IMG/VR virus record: IMGVR_UViG_3300037247_001116
Location: 1-64,000 of that record
Source of the DNA: a virus
Strand: one strand, 5' to 3'
Length of the DNA stretch: 64,000 nt
Positions 41,777 through 52,416 of the stretch are shown piece by piece (position 1 is the first letter of the stretch; every line of letters starts with the position of its first letter). The notes under the pieces are model-generated. The model was given only the letters and a program-made list of their open reading frames with translations, was not told the origin of the DNA and did not search any database. The position numbers and the translations under genes are program-made.

Positions 41777-43412
41777 GAACATTACAGAGAGTCAAATTTC
41801 GTTTATCTGCGGTCTTCATGATCCAGTGTGCGTGAAGGAGAGCTTGTACCCTGAGAACCTGAAGGCATGTCATACTTGGATTGAACCTGATTGCAAGCTT
41901 TTCACGATAAGGAATTACCAGCGCGCATGGCAACCTTATAATTGGCTACTTTGTGATGACACTTCTTTAAGGAAAGAACAAAACTTAAAGAAAAAAATAT
42001 TAGCTGGTAAATGCTATAATTTAGGGGCAAGAGATATAGGAAAGTCATATGACTTTGTTCAAGCAGATTTTCCGTTACATATTGTTTTAAATCCAGGCAA
42101 AGAGAGTTGTTTGATTTCTGCAACTTCAGGATTTTTACAAAAAGTAGCAAGTCCTATTTTAAACATTTTCCGTGACCATGCCTTCTTCAAACTATTTCAG
42201 AAGAAAGGCAAGTCTCAAGGTATTAAAGCTGGCGAAAATATGGAGATACAAGCCAGGACAGGTCATACTTGGTATGGTCGAAATGAAAAAATCAGTGACC
42301 CCGAACCAGGACAAAAAGTACAGGGTCTTCATTACGAGATACTTGGATATGAAGAATATTCATATGCTACATCAAAGGGCGAAGAAAAAAGGATTGACTC
42401 TGGAACTTCGGTTGGCGAAATAGAAAGATTTAGTGGCATCCCTGATATTCGTATTGATTCTCCCCTTGGCGATGTCTTTAACGATGAACAGAATAAAAAA
42501 TTTATTTGTCGTCTTCCTCAATACGTACGCGAGGATTGGAGCGAAGCACAAAAAAAGAAAAGAGCCGATAAATATAAAGGCGAATCTTCTCTTGCCTTCA
42601 AATTAAATGTTATTGGCGAAAAACAAGAAGGTGCATTCGGGTTTTGGGATATTCCAAAAATCAAAGAAGCTTGTCTTGTAAAATCGAAACTAATAAAACA
42701 ATTTGATATTGACGAAAAAAGATTCAAGAATTTTGAGAAGTATTTAGTTATTGACAGATTGCCAGCCCAACAAATTTATATGTGTGCTGATATTGGTGCT
42801 GGTGCAAGACCAACAGAAATAGCGATTTTATTCTTTAACGGCACTCATTATGAATTGACTTACAACGTCACATTGAATATCAAATCAAGTCAAGCACAAG
42901 CAGAGGTTTTTGCTTATATTTATAAACAATTGGGTGGAGCTTTTGTTGGTATTGATGCTACGACAGATTACGGTATTGCTGAAAGATTAAAGAATGATTA
43001 CGATTTTATAAAACCTGAACATATTTTTGCTATTGATTTGCGGAAAAATATTCCAGTCGCATACGAAAGACATCCTGATAAAAAAGATGGCACACCTGGA
43101 TTAATAAAAAGAAACCGTGATGGTTCTCCGATTATCAAATATATGATCGCGATAGATTTTGCAATGACACAGTTAGAAGATTTGTTGTACAATGGAAAAA
43201 TAAAAGTTCCTTTAGATAATAAATTTTTCAAAGAGTTTTCGGATTTTCTTGTATTACAATCAAAGATAAGAAAAACATACGATACATCAAGCACAGACGA
43301 TTATCACCAAGCATTTCAGATTTTTGCCATCGTAAGACACGAATATGAGTGGCAACAGTTAATTAATATGAATAACACAGACACAAGCTCTGGTTGTTTA
43401 GGCTCAATTTAA
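41769..43412 (+). CDS. Terminase large subunit
   Basis: Walker A GARDIGKS, Walker B-like LGYEE, nuclease motifs MCADIG, GIDAT, DDYHQA. Confidence 0.8.
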   Translation: MRENITESQISFICGLHDPVCVKESLYPENLKACHTWIEPDCKLFTIRNYQRAWQPYNWLLCDDTSLRKEQNLKKKILAGKCYNLGARDIGKSYDFVQADFPLHIVLNPGKESCLISATSGFLQKVASPILNIFRDHAFFKLFQKKGKSQGIKAGENMEIQARTGHTWYGRNEKISDPEPGQKVQGLHYEILGYEEYSYATSKGEEKRIDSGTSVGEIERFSGIPDIRIDSPLGDVFNDEQNKKFICRLPQYVREDWSEAQKKKRADKYKGESSLAFKLNVIGEKQEGAFGFWDIPKIKEACLVKSKLIKQFDIDEKRFKNFEKYLVIDRLPAQQIYMCADIGAGARPTEIAILFFNGTHYELTYNVTLNIKSSQAQAEVFAYIYKQLGGAFVGIDATTDYGIAERLKNDYDFIKPEHIFAIDLRKNIPVAYERHPDKKDGTPGLIKRNRDGSPIIKYMIAIDFAMTQLEDLLYNGKIKVPLDNKFFKEFSDFLVLQSKIRKTYDTSSTDDYHQAFQIFAIVRHEYEWQQLINMNNTDTSSGCLGSI

Positions 43413-43424
43413 TAAGGAGAAAGA

Positions 43425-45416
43425 ATGTCACTTCCAATCACATCATTTTCAGAAATATTTAATTCATTGAGAAAACTTCGATCTAATATAAAAGTTGCTT
43501 GTGGATTTTCTAATCAAGTGACTCAGGTTGATACTATTTTAGACAATGACAAAACAGGAATGGTATCGCCTATTTATAATTTCATGGTTCAGGCGGCAAC
43601 GGTTCCAATGAAGATAGAAACAGGCAATGAAACACTGAATGAAGTTTTACATATTTGGCAAACCAAAGTTTTAAACCGCAATACTAACATAGCTATTCAA
43701 AGCGGATTAAGAGCATTATCTACAGAAAATTTTAGGGAACGATGGCGCAGTTCTTTGCTGGGTTTGAATGTTCAGTGGGGCGAAGAGGATTTTGGCGGGA
43801 ACACAGGCAAATGGATTGTTCCAAAACGGATGTGGTTTTTTAATGGCGGAGCAATCAGGACAGAAGAAGGTAAATCATTAGATGTTCGCAAATTTTATTT
43901 AAAGGTTAGTAAAAAGAAAGATGAAGACATAGAATTAAGGTCTGTCTTAAACAAATCGATATATATTCGCAGACCATTCACGGCGTTGCATAAAGATGAG
44001 GTTGTTCCTTATTTTACTCAAAGAGGAACAGTTTTTAATGCATTATATAAAAGTTCTATTACTCAAAAACAATCCGATGTAATCGAAAGTTTAATTCCTC
44101 TTATCTTAAAATTACAGGCTGGCAGTGATGATTTGATGAAACAAGGGATTAAACCTTCCAAAGAGGATTTTGATGATTTAAAGAAACAACTCACCGATGC
44201 ATATGATAACTATCGGGAAACAGGAAACGTAAGTGATTTAATTGCTTCATTAAGACATGATGTAAATTTAGATTATTTAATTCCTGATTTAACAAAGATT
44301 TTTAGTGACGGAATTAGTAAATCTGTTAATAGAGATTTAATGTCTTCTTTGGGCATGATTGAACTTCAGGGGTTTGGTACGCGCCAGGAAGCAATGTTGA
44401 ATCCAAAAGTAATGATTGAAGAAGTAGTTGATGCGGTAAAAGATTGGTCAGATTTACTTCACGAAGTCATGCTTGATATGCTTCAGAGAAATGAAGCGAC
44501 ACATCCTACTTTGGCTAATGCCGACGTTCAGATTATCCCTGGTATTATTCAGGCGTTCCTCACAGACGAAATGAGAGCAATGATTCGCTCAATGTATGAT
44601 AGAGGCGACATTTCGCGTCAAAGCGGCGTAGAAGAAACCACAGGTCTTGATTTTGAAACACAGGTTCAGCGCATTATTAAAGAGAAGGAAAGGGGCTTAG
44701 ACAAGATTTGCAAGCCGCCTGTTATACAGAATCTTGAGCAATATTTAGATCCTATTGTTGATAATACCAACTTGGAAGACCAGGGGAAAAAACCTGGAAC
44801 GCCCGAAGCCGATAATTTCAACAAGGCTATTTTAGAAAATTACAAAAGTATTTTGGAACAAAAGAAAAAGGCTAAGTCAGATGAAATAAAAGCAACAAAA
44901 GAACCTGAAGTGGAAACCTCTCCTTTTGAGAATATTGACTCTTTACCGAAAGAATTAAAGGATGCTTTGCCTGTCGGCGCAAGACTTATTTGGACAAAAG
45001 AATTCAACGATGCATTTAAGTTATCTGCGGATAAAGAACTTGCATGTCAATCTGCTTGGTCAAAAGTAGATGAGAAGTATGAAAAAACTCCTGATGAAGA
45101 AAAATGGGTAAAAAAGGCTAGTATCGAATCGCACAAAGATTATATGTCTTCCGCAACATTCAAGTTTTTTGAAGAAATTTATAAATCAGCATTGATCAAC
45201 AGTAAATCAACAGAAAATGCTATAGAAACTGCATTGGCGATCACAGAAAAGGTTTCTAATAAAAACAAAAATGGTATTTTGGTTAAAGATAAAAAAATTA
45301 CGAAGGCTCAACTTAAAAAATTAGATGATTCCAATGTAATTGATGCCCTTTTGAACCTTGAGTTACGAGAGAAAAAACTTGACTTGCTCAATAAACTCTT
45401 AAAATCGGAAGAATAA
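43425..45416 (+). CDS. Portal protein with C-terminal ChaB-like domain
   Basis: Follows TerL; helical portal-like body with an ISRQS..E..G.DFETQ..R...E tail; ChaB-like LP..LKD.LP..A..IW...FN.A......A...AW..V..KY....W. Confidence 0.7.
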   Translation: MSLPITSFSEIFNSLRKLRSNIKVACGFSNQVTQVDTILDNDKTGMVSPIYNFMVQAATVPMKIETGNETLNEVLHIWQTKVLNRNTNIAIQSGLRALSTENFRERWRSSLLGLNVQWGEEDFGGNTGKWIVPKRMWFFNGGAIRTEEGKSLDVRKFYLKVSKKKDEDIELRSVLNKSIYIRRPFTALHKDEVVPYFTQRGTVFNALYKSSITQKQSDVIESLIPLILKLQAGSDDLMKQGIKPSKEDFDDLKKQLTDAYDNYRETGNVSDLIASLRHDVNLDYLIPDLTKIFSDGISKSVNRDLMSSLGMIELQGFGTRQEAMLNPKVMIEEVVDAVKDWSDLLHEVMLDMLQRNEATHPTLANADVQIIPGIIQAFLTDEMRAMIRSMYDRGDISRQSGVEETTGLDFETQVQRIIKEKERGLDKICKPPVIQNLEQYLDPIVDNTNLEDQGKKPGTPEADNFNKAILENYKSILEQKKKAKSDEIKATKEPEVETSPFENIDSLPKELKDALPVGARLIWTKEFNDAFKLSADKELACQSAWSKVDEKYEKTPDEEKWVKKASIESHKDYMSSATFKFFEEIYKSALINSKSTENAIETALAITEKVSNKNKNGILVKDKKITKAQLKKLDDSNVIDALLNLELREKKLDLLNKLLKSEE

Positions 45417-45419
45417 ACT

Positions 45420-45728
45420 ATGAAAGATTTCAAGCTGTATTTAGACAAGACACTACAAATCCCTGCTGGCGACCCTATTGAATTAGGGAAACTCAAAGCT
45501 GGGGAAACCAAGAAATATAAATATTATATTTATAATTCAAGCGTCTTCCCTTATGAAGAAATCAAGTATGAGTTTGATGCCAACGATGTAAAAGTTTTAA
45601 AAGCACCATCTGAATTATCCGAGAAGGGAAGCACAGAATTCGTTATTGAATGGAAGCCAAAAGTTGATGTTGAAAAGGGTTTAAAAACAACTTTAGAAAT
45701 TGACGGCTACCGCGTTATAAAGGGATAA
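45420..45728 (+). CDS. Small Ig-like beta-sandwich structural protein
   Basis: IELGKLKAGETK...YIYN...APSEL......FVIEW pattern. Confidence 0.45.
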   Translation: MKDFKLYLDKTLQIPAGDPIELGKLKAGETKKYKYYIYNSSVFPYEEIKYEFDANDVKVLKAPSELSEKGSTEFVIEWKPKVDVEKGLKTTLEIDGYRVIKG

Positions 45729-45729
45729 A

Positions 45730-47076
45730 ATGCCATTTCTTAAAAAAAGCAATAATGCTCAATCAACTATCAATCAAGTGGGTGGTCTTACCCTTTTAGA
45801 CACAGAGTTAATTGTAACAGATGCTTCCAGTTTTCCAGCAACAGGTGACTTTTTACTGACGGTTTGGAATAGTGAAACACATCCTGACCCAACTGATGAT
45901 GTCGGCAGAGAAATTATTTTAGTAACTGCTGTGGCTGGAAACACATTTACAATAGTACGTGGTCAAGAAGACACAGTTGCCAGTTTACATGCTAACGGCA
46001 CAATTGTTGCAATGCTTATTACAGCAGGTACATTTGAGGAAATTGAACAAGCAATACCAGCTAGTAGTCATGATCAAAATACTGATACGATTTTACAAAC
46101 AGCAGGACTCATACTAGACCAGAGCCAATTACTTTTTGATACAGATGCAAAGTTCTATAACACTAATACAGGCGTTCAAATCGCTCAATCTTTCATACCT
46201 GCTAACTCTGGAAATTTATCAAGGATTATTGTAAAGGTATTTAGAGCAAGTGGTGGCGCAAACGATCTTATTGTAGAATTAAGAGGAACTTCGGCTGGTC
46301 TGCCTACGGCGGGAGTTTTGGCGACAGAAACAATTCTAGCATCATCGTTAGAACAAGGCGAATGGGTAGATTTAACGATAGATTTTTCTTCCCCATTTTC
46401 GGTGACGACTGGAACTACTTACGCTGTTGTTTTTAGACAAGAAGGAAGTGAACAATATTATTTTGAAAATGAGCCGTTTGTAAACCCTTATCCTAATGGA
46501 TCAGCTCAAGTAAAAACTGGTGCAGGTGCTTGGATACCCGATGTGGCAGATGATCTTTATTTTCAGATTTTTACCTTTATTGATGCCACCGATTTAATCA
46601 ACAATGGAACTTTAAAAAGTGATTTAGATGCTGATGGAGGAATTCTAGTTGATGGTCGTGACCTATCAGTTGATGGCGCGGCACAAGATTCGCATATTGC
46701 TGATCAAAACAACCCTCATAATGTTAGCAAAACAAATGTCGGGTTAAGCAATGTTCCAGATTTAGACACAACTGATGCTGTCAACCATGTTTCTGATACA
46801 AATAATCCACATGGCGTTGAGGCTGACCAGATAGCGACTGATGATAGCGGTGTTACAGTTCAAGAAGCCTTAGATGCTTTAGAGGCTGGCGGAGGACAAC
46901 TTGAAAGTTTGATGGCACAAGATATAGATGGAGATTTAAGACCGATTGATGATTATATTCTTCAAGGCGGAAGCTTTGAATTAGATTCAAACTATGCTTT
47001 ACAACCAAAAACTACTATTGAAGAAGATTTGTTTTTTGAATATGATATTAATAACGATTTAATACCAAAGGAATAA
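45730..47076 (+). CDS. Virion fibre/decoration protein
   Basis: EII.VT.V.G..FTIVRGQE.T domain, AQSF jelly-roll-like domain, H....NPH.V repeats. Confidence 0.6.
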   Translation: MPFLKKSNNAQSTINQVGGLTLLDTELIVTDASSFPATGDFLLTVWNSETHPDPTDDVGREIILVTAVAGNTFTIVRGQEDTVASLHANGTIVAMLITAGTFEEIEQAIPASSHDQNTDTILQTAGLILDQSQLLFDTDAKFYNTNTGVQIAQSFIPANSGNLSRIIVKVFRASGGANDLIVELRGTSAGLPTAGVLATETILASSLEQGEWVDLTIDFSSPFSVTTGTTYAVVFRQEGSEQYYFENEPFVNPYPNGSAQVKTGAGAWIPDVADDLYFQIFTFIDATDLINNGTLKSDLDADGGILVDGRDLSVDGAAQDSHIADQNNPHNVSKTNVGLSNVPDLDTTDAVNHVSDTNNPHGVEADQIATDDSGVTVQEALDALEAGGGQLESLMAQDIDGDLRPIDDYILQGGSFELDSNYALQPKTTIEEDLFFEYDINNDLIPKE

Positions 47077-47078
47077 AA

Positions 47079-49589
47079 ATGGGCACTCGGAATATAGTTC
47101 CACGCGAAAATAACGAAGGAAATATCGGTACATCTGTAAAAAAATGGCTTAAAGGCTGGTTTGCTTCTGTTTTTGTCAATGGCAATATTACAGATGGTGT
47201 AAACAATGTCACTGTTGCTGAGTTGAGAAACCAACTTGATAATCCATCCACTCCTGATGCAGACCAAATCGCAACAACTGATTCGGGCGAAACAGTCCAA
47301 TCGAAAATTGACGATGCAGACGCACATGCGGTAAACACATCAAACCCACATTCTGTAACACCAGCCCAGGTTGCTACTGCACATACTGATTTAACTGACA
47401 TGCCAAGCGCGAGCAATTCTGACCATGACGAAAGATATACTTCAAGGTCACTTGTTAATGGATCATTTAAAGAAACATTTAACTCTTTGGCTTCCTCTGA
47501 TGGCGCAACTGTTTTGGCTGATTTAGAGCAATCAGGTGGTGGAGATTTAACGATGCAGTTTAGTGATGGAGATACAATTTTAGATACCACTCCTTCTCCT
47601 ATAACAATCGAACTTACTGCGGGAACAGACACTAATCCTCAATCAAATTATATTTATATCCCTCAATCAACAAAAATACTTACTAAATCTATTTCTGGAT
47701 TTCCTACAGATACAGAACACATTAAGGTAGCATATTTCTTGGTTCCAAGCGCACCATATGTAGCGGCAGATGGAGTTTATATCAATCAGAACTGGAACGA
47801 CCATTTAATCGGCGGAGATAATCAAGGACATCTTTCTCATATGTCTGAAAGACAAAGGCGAATGGGAGCCTCTTATTTTAGCGGATTAGACCCTGCTGGA
47901 ACAGATGATTCGGTAGCTACATCATATTTTGATTATGTCGGCGCGTCAGAGAGTTATTTTAAATGTTCTTCGGGTGTTATTTACCAGTTACACACCCATC
48001 CTGTATTAGCAACTGATAGCAGAACTGACATCATTCATGTTATAAACTGGAATGGAAATTCTTACAACGATATAAACAACCTTGCTGATATTATTTCTGA
48101 TTCGGAGGGCGTTTCATTAGGAAATAAATATTTCAATTTATTTTTCTTTGAAGTTGGAAATAAAACAGGCGCGTATTCTCCAATAATGTGTATGTTGCCT
48201 AGTGGATCATATAATTCGGAAATAAGTGCTTTAAACGATAGTTCTGGTTATGGAAATCTTAACATGCCTAGAGAGTTTGGTTTAGAGTCCTCTACTGGTA
48301 TTCCTATATGCAAATTGACTTTGAAGTGGTCTGGTGGAACAACAACATTAACTCATATATCCACAGTAGATCTAAGACAAGGCGCTGGCTTGAGTGGTGG
48401 CGATGGAGGAGTAACAGATCACGGAGCATTGACAGGCTTGGCTGACGACGACCATTCTCAATATCACAATGATTCAAGGGGCGACACAAGATATTTATAT
48501 AAAGAGAACACAACACCGTTTACGCCAGATGCGGATCACGAACCATCAACAAAGAAATACACTGATGATACAGTAAGCACTCATGCTACCAACACAAGCA
48601 ACCCCCATTCAGTAACAAAAACACAGGTGGGTTTAACAAACGTCGATGATGTTCAGCAAATGCCTTTATCTTATTTAGATACTGACCCTGCACTCGCCGC
48701 AGATTCAGATACAAAGGTTGCTTCTCAAAAAGCTGGAAAAGCATATATTAATGCTCTCTTAGAAGCCAACGATGCAATGGTTTACAAAGGAGTTATTGAT
48801 TGTGGTGGAAATCCTGATTATCCCGCCGCAGAAGCAGGTCATACTTATAGAATTAGTGTGGCTGGAAAACTCGGTGGAGCCTCTGGTGAAAACGTAGAAG
48901 TTGGTGATATGGCTATTTGTGTTGCTGATAGTACAGCATCGGGCGACCAAGCGGCTGTAGGTGAATTTTGGAATATCATTCAAGTAAACATTGACGGAAA
49001 TGTTGTAGCATTAAGTCCATTTATTTCTGTTGATGATAACATACCAAAATATAGCGGAACATCTGGAAGAATTCTTGAAGATAGCGGAGTAGCCATTTCT
49101 GATGTCACAGGTCACATTGCTGATACAGCCAACCCTCACAGCGTTGTCGCGGATCAAGTAGGAACCGATGATAGTGGTGTTACAGTCCAGTCGGCTTTAG
49201 ATGCAGTTGAATCCGATGTCGTTGATTTAAAAGAATCCGTTCTTACCTTTGTTATTGATGGTGGCGGAAGTGAAATTTCGACAGGTGTTAAAGGTGATTT
49301 ATTAGTTCCTTTCGGATGTACGATTACCAAAGTCACTTTATTAGCAGACCAAACAGGAAGTGTGGTTATAGATATTTGGAAAGATACTTATGCTAATTTC
49401 GATCCTACGGTTGCTGATTCAATTACGGCAAGTGCTAAACCGACGATTACAACAGCAAAAAAATCGCAAGATGCAACATTAACTGGTTGGACAACTGCGA
49501 TAACTGCGGAAGATATTTTAAGATTTAATGTTGACAGTATTACTGACATTCAAAGAGTTTCAATTATTTTATCGATAACGAGGAATTAA
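47079..49589 (+). CDS. Long fibre-like structural protein
   Basis: H....NPHSV repeats, DHGALTGLADDDH.QY motif, YKG..D...GHTY.ISVAG..G....VEVGD module, C-terminal GS.V.DIWKD domain. Confidence 0.65.
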   Translation: MGTRNIVPRENNEGNIGTSVKKWLKGWFASVFVNGNITDGVNNVTVAELRNQLDNPSTPDADQIATTDSGETVQSKIDDADAHAVNTSNPHSVTPAQVATAHTDLTDMPSASNSDHDERYTSRSLVNGSFKETFNSLASSDGATVLADLEQSGGGDLTMQFSDGDTILDTTPSPITIELTAGTDTNPQSNYIYIPQSTKILTKSISGFPTDTEHIKVAYFLVPSAPYVAADGVYINQNWNDHLIGGDNQGHLSHMSERQRRMGASYFSGLDPAGTDDSVATSYFDYVGASESYFKCSSGVIYQLHTHPVLATDSRTDIIHVINWNGNSYNDINNLADIISDSEGVSLGNKYFNLFFFEVGNKTGAYSPIMCMLPSGSYNSEISALNDSSGYGNLNMPREFGLESSTGIPICKLTLKWSGGTTTLTHISTVDLRQGAGLSGGDGGVTDHGALTGLADDDHSQYHNDSRGDTRYLYKENTTPFTPDADHEPSTKKYTDDTVSTHATNTSNPHSVTKTQVGLTNVDDVQQMPLSYLDTDPALAADSDTKVASQKAGKAYINALLEANDAMVYKGVIDCGGNPDYPAAEAGHTYRISVAGKLGGASGENVEVGDMAICVADSTASGDQAAVGEFWNIIQVNIDGNVVALSPFISVDDNIPKYSGTSGRILEDSGVAISDVTGHIADTANPHSVVADQVGTDDSGVTVQSALDAVESDVVDLKESVLTFVIDGGGSEISTGVKGDLLVPFGCTITKVTLLADQTGSVVIDIWKDTYANFDPTVADSITASAKPTITTAKKSQDATLTGWTTAITAEDILRFNVDSITDIQRVSIILSITRN

Positions 49590-49590
49590 A

Positions 49591-50328
49591 ATGGCTGGTA
49601 ATAACGTAGACACAAAATTGCTTTTACATATGAACGGTGCTGATGAATCTATTACATTTATTGATTCAAGAGCAACAGGAACTCCGCATACCGTAACTGC
49701 CGTGGGCAATGCTCAGATAGATACGGCACAGTCAGTTTTTGGTGGAGCAAGCGGTTTATTCGACGGCGCGGGGGATTATTTATCTATGCCCGATTCGCCT
49801 GATTGGGATGTATTCGCGAGTAGCATTGATGATTGGACTTTGGATGCACATATTAGAAGGATTGGCGATGGAGGCAATACATCAGAGCCTATATTTTCTC
49901 AAGCAAATACAACCGCTTCTATGTATTGGCGTTTTGAACATCACAGATCTAGGGGGCTTCGCATTGTGGTATATGATTCAGGACAGATTATTGTCACTGC
50001 TGATCTTACTCCTTTATCCAATGATACTTGGTATCACATTGCTATGTGTAAAGTGGGTAGTTTATATGGAATATACATCGACGGAACACAAGTATCTTTT
50101 GTTGATGATAGTTCTACACTTAGTATAGCGGGATTATTCGCTATCGGAACACGACCACAATCTTCACCTGTTGCTTTTTTTAATGGAAACATAGACGAGG
50201 CAAGAGTTCAAAAGAGCAATTATTTTACCGCATCGCCAAATGTGGGTTTATCTGATACAATTGTTGTTCCTACAGAAGAATATTCGCTTGCAGGGTTTCC
50301 ACATAGTCAAGGATATATTGTTTCTTAA
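49591..50328 (+). CDS. LamG/concanavalin A-like lectin domain protein
   Basis: LLLHMNG, FGG.SG.FDG.GDYL, WYHIA, YIDG, FNG.IDEARV. Confidence 0.85.
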   Translation: MAGNNVDTKLLLHMNGADESITFIDSRATGTPHTVTAVGNAQIDTAQSVFGGASGLFDGAGDYLSMPDSPDWDVFASSIDDWTLDAHIRRIGDGGNTSEPIFSQANTTASMYWRFEHHRSRGLRIVVYDSGQIIVTADLTPLSNDTWYHIAMCKVGSLYGIYIDGTQVSFVDDSSTLSIAGLFAIGTRPQSSPVAFFNGNIDEARVQKSNYFTASPNVGLSDTIVVPTEEYSLAGFPHSQGYIVS

Positions 50329-50337
50329 AGGAGTTAT

Positions 50338-50877
50338 ATGTTTAATTCGTGCAAATTTAATACTGTTAAATATAACTCTGTTTGTGTAGCAGAAGTGGTC
50401 ACACCAGTTATTCCAGGCAAAGTTCAAATAACCAAAAGAAGACGCAGAAGACAACATGTTTTACAACATTTTCAATTCGTTGGTACTAAATTAATTCCTA
50501 AAGTTCATAGGCTTGATTTTATAGGAACAGTTCTTGTCAACAACACAGAAACAATCACATTTATAGCTCAACTTTTAAACAAGAAGGTTTCAACGATAGA
50601 ATTAAATGGCGCGTTATGTTTCCCATTTAATGCGACACAACAAGTTAATGGAAGAGTCAAAATTTTAACAAAAGATAATATCGAGATAACTGCATCGACT
50701 TTATTTTTAGGAAAACATCAGTATAGAATTCAGGGAACCAAATCCCTTCATTTTAGAAACATACAAAAAGTAAACGGAAAAGTTAAATTTCCTTATAGAC
50801 AAAAGCAATTGATCAAAGGCAAAAAAGACATTACAAACATATTCGAAGCATTAGACCTCTTCGATATTGGAGATTAA
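50338..50877 (+). CDS. Hypothetical beta-repeat structural protein
   Basis: FNSCKFNTVKYN N-terminus and ~15-aa periodic G-T/G-K repeats. Confidence 0.45.
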   Translation: MFNSCKFNTVKYNSVCVAEVVTPVIPGKVQITKRRRRRQHVLQHFQFVGTKLIPKVHRLDFIGTVLVNNTETITFIAQLLNKKVSTIELNGALCFPFNATQQVNGRVKILTKDNIEITASTLFLGKHQYRIQGTKSLHFRNIQKVNGKVKFPYRQKQLIKGKKDITNIFEALDLFDIGD

Positions 50878-50878
50878 A

Positions 50879-52384
50879 ATGAAACAAAAAATTTATTCAA
50901 AATCAGTAACTGTAGCTAAAGAAACAGAACACATCAAAGCCGTTGCAGAAAAGTTAGGTATTGTTTTGCCTTCCACTCATACTGCTTTATTCCAAAGCGT
51001 TTTTGCCCCTCTTGATGAGGCGAACTTAAACGGTCATCGTCTTGACAGTAAAATTGTTGATGTTGAAATTAAAAAAATGATTGGCGCACAAGCTAATCTT
51101 GAACACATGGGTTATGGATGGATTGTTGGTGTTATATTAGATGCTTGGGTAAATGATTCAAACGAAATAGAAATCATTTATTCTTTTGCTAAAAATATTT
51201 ATAAAGATGAATATGTATTGGCATTAGAAGCAATGGCTAACGGTGACCTCGCAGTTTCATTTGAACTTGATGCTGAAATTGCAGGACAGGAAAAATTAGC
51301 TGACGGAACACTTTTACTTCATGATTACAGTTTTACAGGCGTTGGAGTATTGATCCAGAACCCCCCTGCATATGCAAATGCAAAAACATATGAATTTGCA
51401 AACGCGATTAAAGACAGATTGCAAGAATCAACAAATAAAGAATTTGTCTTTGCTTCACAATTGGAAAAAACATGTGATAATGTTCTTTCTAATACCAATG
51501 AAAAAACAGAAACCCCCGCTTTGACTGAATCGAAGATTGATTCAGATAAAAATGATATAAAAGACAAAGATTTAGAAAACAAAACAAGTAAAGAGGGAGG
51601 AAACACAAAAATGGAATTAACAAAAGAACAAAAAGCCGAAATCGAGAACCTTAGAGCAGAGCTTGGTGATTTAGCAAAAGATGTTTCTGATGAAGAATTG
51701 CTTGACGAAACTATCGTTGCCGAACTTCGCACTAAAGCCGAAGAAGCAAGAGTTACACAGTTAGCTTATCAGGTAGACGTTGTAGAAGTCCGTACATATT
51801 CGTTGGTTGAAAAAGACGGAGTTGACACTATCAAAGAAACAGTTGAAATTGTCAAAAGAATCGACTACAATTCTCAGCTTGCCGCAGTTGCTAAAGTTGA
51901 AGAACTTGAAGCAACATTGTCCGCTAAAGATTCAGAAATTGAATCTGTTAGGGAAAATGCGGAAAAGGTTGGCAAAGCAAAAGTAGAGTTGAAAGACAAT
52001 ACATTTGCCGCTGATTTTACTGATGAGGATTATCTTGATGATGTCAAGGTTGCAAAGGCTATTCAGGATAAAACTGATGCCGAGGTTATTGCCACTCGCA
52101 AAGAAGAATTGAAAGACAATAAATATGCCACTGACTTTTCAGATGAAGATTATCTGGATGAAACGAAAGTTGAGTTAGCGGTTGTTAAAGCGGAAAAAGA
52201 CGAATTAGTTGCTAAAGTTCCAGCAGAAGAAGTAGTTGCAACAACCGTTGTTGAAAAACCAACACCGATGAATGCTGGCGTAAAGACTGAAACTACTGAT
52301 GAGAATAAATCAGTGGAAGTTATGGCTTCAATTCGAAAAGCAAATAAAGATGGAAGAGAAGCAATCAAAGTTTATACAAAATAA
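50879..52384 (+). CDS. Prohead protease fused to scaffold
   Basis: NLNG, NLEH, VSFEL (Ser), FTGVG...PAY; acidic coiled-coil C-terminus; lies immediately before the capsid gene. Confidence 0.75.
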   Translation: MKQKIYSKSVTVAKETEHIKAVAEKLGIVLPSTHTALFQSVFAPLDEANLNGHRLDSKIVDVEIKKMIGAQANLEHMGYGWIVGVILDAWVNDSNEIEIIYSFAKNIYKDEYVLALEAMANGDLAVSFELDAEIAGQEKLADGTLLLHDYSFTGVGVLIQNPPAYANAKTYEFANAIKDRLQESTNKEFVFASQLEKTCDNVLSNTNEKTETPALTESKIDSDKNDIKDKDLENKTSKEGGNTKMELTKEQKAEIENLRAELGDLAKDVSDEELLDETIVAELRTKAEEARVTQLAYQVDVVEVRTYSLVEKDGVDTIKETVEIVKRIDYNSQLAAVAKVEELEATLSAKDSEIESVRENAEKVGKAKVELKDNTFAADFTDEDYLDDVKVAKAIQDKTDAEVIATRKEELKDNKYATDFSDEDYLDETKVELAVVKAEKDELVAKVPAEEVVATTVVEKPTPMNAGVKTETTDENKSVEVMASIRKANKDGREAIKVYTK

Positions 52385-52416
52385 CAATATTGGAAAAAAA
52401 CAGGAGGAAGTAAATA

